Source of the DNA: Thermoplasmata archaeon | GTDB lineage: Archaea; Thermoplasmatota; Thermoplasmata; RBG-16-68-12; JAGMCJ01 | NCBI GenBank assembly: GCA_023130895.1 | Contig: JAGMAI010000121.1 | Coordinates: forward strand, 1 to 44,247 | DNA length: 44,247 nt | Direction: 5' to 3' | Shown here: piece after piece, positions 42,674-44,247 of the stretch | How the letters are laid out: every line of letters begins with the position of its first letter | How positions within the stretch are numbered: position 1 is the stretch's first letter | Translations under genes and position numbers: made by a program | Notes under the pieces: model-generated | Seen by the model: the letters and a program-made list of their open reading frames with translations, nothing else | The model's database searches: none | What the model was told of the DNA's origin: nothing

Positions 42674-42922
42674 TCAGAAATCCTTTCCCGAGATGTACTG
42701 GCAAAAGCCGTAGCCGATGGGGCCTTCCTTCGTCGTCTCGCACGGGAACTCGGAGCACTCGAAGCAGAGTTCGATTCCCTTGTTGTGTGCGCAAGTGCTG
42801 ATATTGCAGAAGGGATTCTCCTTTGGCACGCAGCCGTCCTCCCCGTTCGGACACTTCCCGCTCACCCTCCTCGGGCACTTCTCGCACGCGACCCCGCAGA
42901 CGCCTATCTTCACGCTAGCCAC
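42674..42922 (-). CDS. DUF3795-like Cys-rich (putative metal-binding) small protein
   Basis: KIGVCGVACEKCPRRVSGKCPNGEDGC...FCNISTCAHNKGIELCFECSEFPC. The start is GTG 42922, or more likely GTG 42913, which has AAGGTGG 5 nt upstream. Confidence 0.7.
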   Translation of the reverse strand: MASVKIGVCGVACEKCPRRVSGKCPNGEDGCVPKENPFCNISTCAHNKGIELCFECSEFPCETTKEGPIGYGFCQYISGKDF

Positions 42923-42974
42923 CTTGCACCTTGAAGGCAGGGCGACTTGAAGAAATCATCCTGTCCCTCGTCCT

Positions 42975-43128
42975 GCAGGTTTCTTGCAGCTCCTCCGCAG
43001 GTTTCCTGTGACATCCTAGGGACTTACTAGGGACATACCTGCTACATCCTTGCTCCTCCCTTGCTTGATCCTTGCTCCTTCCTTGCAGGATCCTTGCTGA
43101 AACCTTGCTCCTCCCTTGCTCCTCGCTG
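42975..43128. repeat. 154-bp tract of 14 consecutive 11-nt units in perfect register, including 7 tandem CCTTGCT-core units
   Basis: Read in 11-nt steps from 42975: GCAGGTTTCTT GCAGCTCCTCC GCAGGTTTCCT GTGACATCCTA GGGACTTACTA GGGACATACCT GCTACATCCTT GCTCCTCCCTT GCTTGATCCTT GCTCCTTCCTT GCAGGATCCTT GCTGAAACCTT GCTCCTCCCTT GCTCCTCGCTG. CCTTGC(T/A) starts at 43048, 43059, 43070, 43081, 43092, 43103 and 43114. Confidence 0.85.
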
Positions 43129-43269
43129 CTCCTCGGAGTGAATTCTCCGTGGAAGGCTCAAATGGGCACAAGCGCATTACGGCCCGTCAAGAAGTGCGGG
43201 TTCTCCGCACGGATAGAGAGGAAATCGTAATGTGTGGGCAGGACTATCCCTTTCCCGCGGAGAACGGAT

Positions 43270-43767
43270 ATGGTAGGGAACGAAGGCGAGGCCACAACCG
43301 AACCCGCAAGACAGCCCGTGCAAGTGCTCGTGCATCCCCTGAGGCTGGTTGGCTGGCACTGGGAGTACCTGTTGCTCAGGCGCATTCCTGAGCAGGGCGG
43401 TTTCTGGCAGGGAGTCACCGGAGGAGTGGAGGGACAGGAGAGCCTCGCGGACGCCGCACGGCGCGAGCTGATCGAAGAGACCGGACTCCATCCCATCGTG
43501 CTCCAGAGCATCGACTACTCCTATTCGTACCCCATGGACGAAGGGCTGCGGCAGACGCATCCTGATGTCAATGAAATCGAGGAGCATGTCTTCTTCGCAC
43601 AGGTGGATGGCGGGTCTGATCCGCTCATCGATCCCGAGGAGCATGACAGATTCATCTGGTGCGGTCTGGAGGAGGCGATCGAACTGCTCCACTGGCCTGA
43701 GAACAAGGACGCGCTCACTCGGGTGGAAGAGGATCTGAGGAGACATAGGGCACGGCATGAGAGGTGA
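43270..43767 (+). CDS. NUDIX hydrolase (NudB-like pattern)
   Basis: The Nudix box GGVEGQESLADAARRELIEETGL matches GX5EX7REUXEEXGU and is preceded by FWQGVTGG. The start is ATG 43270 or GTG 43234. Confidence 0.85.
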   Translation: MVGNEGEATTEPARQPVQVLVHPLRLVGWHWEYLLLRRIPEQGGFWQGVTGGVEGQESLADAARRELIEETGLHPIVLQSIDYSYSYPMDEGLRQTHPDVNEIEEHVFFAQVDGGSDPLIDPEEHDRFIWCGLEEAIELLHWPENKDALTRVEEDLRRHRARHER

Positions 43768-44247
43768 CGTTCGTGGAAATCGTTGACCTGGACAAGGAAC
43801 TGGAAGCGAGGCTCCTGGAGCACGTGCACGGCAACCCGCTCGAATACTACTTCTACATCCTCGATTGGGAGTACAACCGCGAGGACTCGAAGTTCCTGAT
43901 CGCGCGGGAGGGCGAGGACATCCGCGGGATCATGCTCATCTACAAGACCCATGTCGCCCAGTTCAGGGGCAACCGCGAAGCCGTTGAGGCGCTCTTCCCG
44001 CATCTCGAGCTCCGCAAGACAGACATCATCGTCCCGCTAGGCATGGAGGACATCCCGCTGAGGACGTACGAGCTAACTGAGCAGCACGAGCTCGTCCTGA
44101 TGCATCTCTGTAAGGGGAAAGAGAAGCTGACGAAGACGCGAGAGACGGAGGAGCCCACTGTCGAGGACGCAGAGGCCATGGCGAGACTGATGAGAGAGAC
44201 CCTCCCCGAGTTCTGGGGAGAAGAGACCGGAGAGAAGATCAGGGAAT
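43764..44247 (+). CDS. Hypothetical protein, 3'-partial (runs off the window); possibly the N-terminal part of an acetyltransferase-like protein
   Basis: The frame is open from GTG 43764, which overlaps the NUDIX stop as GTGA, to the window end. It shows strong G/C third-position bias. It is not in the ORF track, presumably because there is no stop. The antisense ORFs 43521..44003 and 43940..44179 look like shadows. Confidence 0.55.
   Translation, partial: MTFVEIVDLDKELEARLLEHVHGNPLEYYFYILDWEYNREDSKFLIAREGEDIRGIMLIYKTHVAQFRGNREAVEALFPHLELRKTDIIVPLGMEDIPLRTYELTEQHELVLMHLCKGKEKLTKTRETEEPTVEDAEAMARLMRETLPEFWGEETGEKIRE

Noticed and set aside
1-44247. CRISPR arrays, tRNA/rRNA genes, IS elements, integrases and prophage structural genes
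   Set aside because: I scanned the intergenic regions by eye. I found no regularly spaced 25-40-nt direct repeats, no cloverleaf-like GC-rich ~75-nt segments, and no transposase- or integrase-like ORFs. A dedicated tool (tRNAscan, Infernal, CRISPR finders) would be needed to exclude small RNAs formally.

Overview
This is a 44.2-kb, visibly GC-rich window with strong G/C bias at third codon positions. It is most consistent with an archaeon. Evidence: A/T-rich TATA/BRE-like boxes about 25-40 nt upstream of many starts, some apparently leaderless genes, GGAGG Shine-Dalgarno sites, secreted proteins anchored by a C-terminal TM helix plus basic tail, sequon-rich surface proteins, and AbrB-PIN toxin-antitoxin pairs. 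The lineage cannot be fixed from sequence alone; Thermoplasmatota-like is only a guess. I found no rRNA, tRNA, CRISPR array, transposase, integrase or reverse transcriptase.

The left half (1-22.4 kb) is an island of giant secreted proteins built from shuffled modules:
- NosD-like beta-helix
- BNR propeller
- Kelch propellers
- PQQ-like propeller
- Big_5-type Ig repeats
- an orphan family-5 solute-binding protein fused to Ig/PKD/TSP3 modules

The island also carries a small wHTH regulator, a duplicated promoter/leader, a ~260-aa C-terminal module shared by two unrelated proteins, and a vapBC cassette bracketed by ~80-bp repeats.

The right half is accessory or defence-island-like. It contains:
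- a second vapBC pair, a thermonuclease plus a relic of a paralog, and a YdhR-like protein
- a SAM methyltransferase, a NYN-domain protein, zinc-ribbon membrane proteins and an SDR
- a membrane-tethered dual-wHTH regulator co-transcribed with a 990-aa LVIVD-repeat beta-propeller protein
- a cluster of small membrane proteins
- a STAND NTPase (wHTH-NB-ARC | WH-TPR) split into two translationally coupled genes
- DUF2330-like and DUF3795-like proteins, a NUDIX hydrolase and a 3'-partial ORF

Notable non-coding signals are a strictly 11-bp-phased tandem tract (42975-43128) and a recurrent 16-mer, CTCCCGCCAAAACGAT. All domain calls come from motif recognition by eye, not from database searches.
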